A stretch of 32,000 nucleotides of DNA from Candidatus Electrothrix yaqonensis (GTDB lineage Bacteria; Desulfobacterota; Desulfobulbia; Desulfobulbales; Desulfobulbaceae): positions 690,001 to 722,000 of the forward strand of contig CP178758.1 of the NCBI GenBank assembly GCA_047651235.1, in the 5' to 3' direction. A model generated the notes under the pieces. It had not been told where the DNA came from. It searched no databases and saw nothing but the letters and a program-made list of their open reading frames with translations. How positions within the stretch are numbered: position 1 is the stretch's first letter; each line of letters starts with the position of its first letter. Both the position numbers and the translations under genes were made by a program. This document shows, piece by piece, positions 31,042 to 32,000 of this stretch.

Positions 31042-32000
31042 ATGAACGTAAGTATCGGCCTGATGTTTATGGCTCTGACAACTCTGATGCTGGAACTGAC
31101 GCTGGTCAGGGTCTTTGATGTAATTTGGTATCCTAATATGGCCTACATGGTCATCACTCTGGCGATGTTCTGTTTCGGACTGTCCGGCGTTTATTCCTCC
31201 CTGCGGCCTTTGAGCCGTGACACGGATCCGGGACGTTATCTTTCTGTTCTTGCCCTGTTGTTCAGCATTTTCGCCCTGCTGATTCTGCCTGCATTAAACA
31301 GCCTGCCGTTTAACTTTGACATTTTATATGAATCACCTGTGAAAGGTGCGGCACTGTTTCTTATTATGTACCTGATTCTCATCCTCCCGTTTTTTTTTGC
31401 AGGTCTGGCCTTTACTACGGTTTTTTCTGCCTATGCGGGAAAAATTCAGCGCCTCTATTTCTGGGATCTTGCCGGAGCCGCTGTGGGCTGCCTGATGCTT
31501 ATTCCCTTTTTACCGCCGATCGGTCCGGGAGGGATTCTCTTTCTTGCTGCCGCCTTTGGTCTGCTTGCCTCCGGCTGCTTTTCATCAAGTAAAATCTGGA
31601 CTGCTGCTGCAATAGTTTTCTCCGTTCTGCTGACTGCTGTTCCCTTTATCCATGACGGGTATTTTGAATTTAAGGATCATATCGATAAACGCGGGGTAAA
31701 AAAAGCCAGAGATAAAGGATTTGTGCAACTGTCGCATTGGGATCCGATTTCAAGGATCGATATTATTGACTACGGCAAGATGAAGCATGTAGCCTATGAC
31801 GGGGGGTCCCAGTCATCCTTTATTATCCCGTTTAACGGCGATTATGTGCAGCTCCGCCAGGATGTACTCAACAACATAGGATACCATTTCTACGGAAGCA
31901 ATGTCTGGCTTTCCCATGCTCTGAAAAAAGACAGCAACCAGGAGGTGCTGGTGATCGGTGCTGCCGGCGGTTCTGAAACAAAGGCGGCATTGATGTTCGG
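31042..32000 (+). CDS. Membrane-anchored spermidine-synthase-like protein; 3' end lies outside the window
   Basis: The ORF is not in the supplied track because it has no stop in the window. I translated it by hand from ATG 31042 and it stays open to 32000. It has several TM helices (MLELTLVRVFDVIWYPNMAYMVITLAMFCFGLSG; YFWDLAGAAVGCLMLIPFLP). These are followed by HWDPISRIDII and the start of a SAM-fold (VLVIGAAGGSE). Confidence 0.6.
   Translation, partial: MNVSIGLMFMALTTLMLELTLVRVFDVIWYPNMAYMVITLAMFCFGLSGVYSSLRPLSRDTDPGRYLSVLALLFSIFALLILPALNSLPFNFDILYESPVKGAALFLIMYLILILPFFFAGLAFTTVFSAYAGKIQRLYFWDLAGAAVGCLMLIPFLPPIGPGGILFLAAAFGLLASGCFSSSKIWTAAAIVFSVLLTAVPFIHDGYFEFKDHIDKRGVKKARDKGFVQLSHWDPISRIDIIDYGKMKHVAYDGGSQSSFIIPFNGDYVQLRQDVLNNIGYHFYGSNVWLSHALKKDSNQEVLVIGAAGGSETKAALMF

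Overview
The window is bacterial chromosome in which housekeeping blocks alternate with accessory DNA. I cannot assign a taxon from the sequence alone.

Housekeeping blocks:
- 1-2070: corrin methyltransferase genes cbiT (5' end cut by the window edge), cbiL and cbiF, translationally coupled.
- 13.9-22.5 kb: plsY, a secreted CBM-like/beta-helix protein, a class-I aminotransferase, and a coupled MoxR / DUF58 / DUF4381-like / VWA (Bat-type) operon.
- 27.6-28.7 kb: a canonical mraY with no dcw neighbours.
- 31.0-32.0 kb: the 5' part of a membrane spermidine-synthase-like gene.

Accessory segment 1 (about 2.07-13.2 kb):
- An AT-rich orphan membrane ORF and a roughly 20-codon uvrA relic.
- One 2009-aa gene on the minus strand. 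It fuses an Lhr-like DEAH helicase, an Fe-S Cas4/RecB-type nuclease, an apparently degenerate RNase-H-like module and a Dna2/Upf1-type SF1B helicase. Two GC-rich palindromic elements sit in frame inside it.
- A decayed brnTA copy, an orphan antitoxin-like gene and an intact brnTA pair.
- A perfectly duplicated 61-bp block and a 42-bp-period repeat array.
- Three insertion sequences: a decayed IS701-like element, an IS200-type element and a frameshifted IS5-type element.

Accessory segment 2 (22.6-27.1 kb):
- A three-gene cassette encoding a secreted di-haem CCP/MauG-superfamily protein, a cytochrome P450 and an NTF2/SnoaL-like protein.
- It is bracketed by roughly 272-bp direct repeats that are the 3' end of a hemerythrin gene.

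Also present is a low-GC gene pair at 28.8-30.7 kb encoding a secreted CX5R phosphatase and an FAD oxidoreductase. No rRNA, tRNA or CRISPR array was seen.

The best candidate for something undescribed is the giant dual-helicase/nuclease gene in its toxin-antitoxin and IS context. The repeat-bracketed haem cassette is second.
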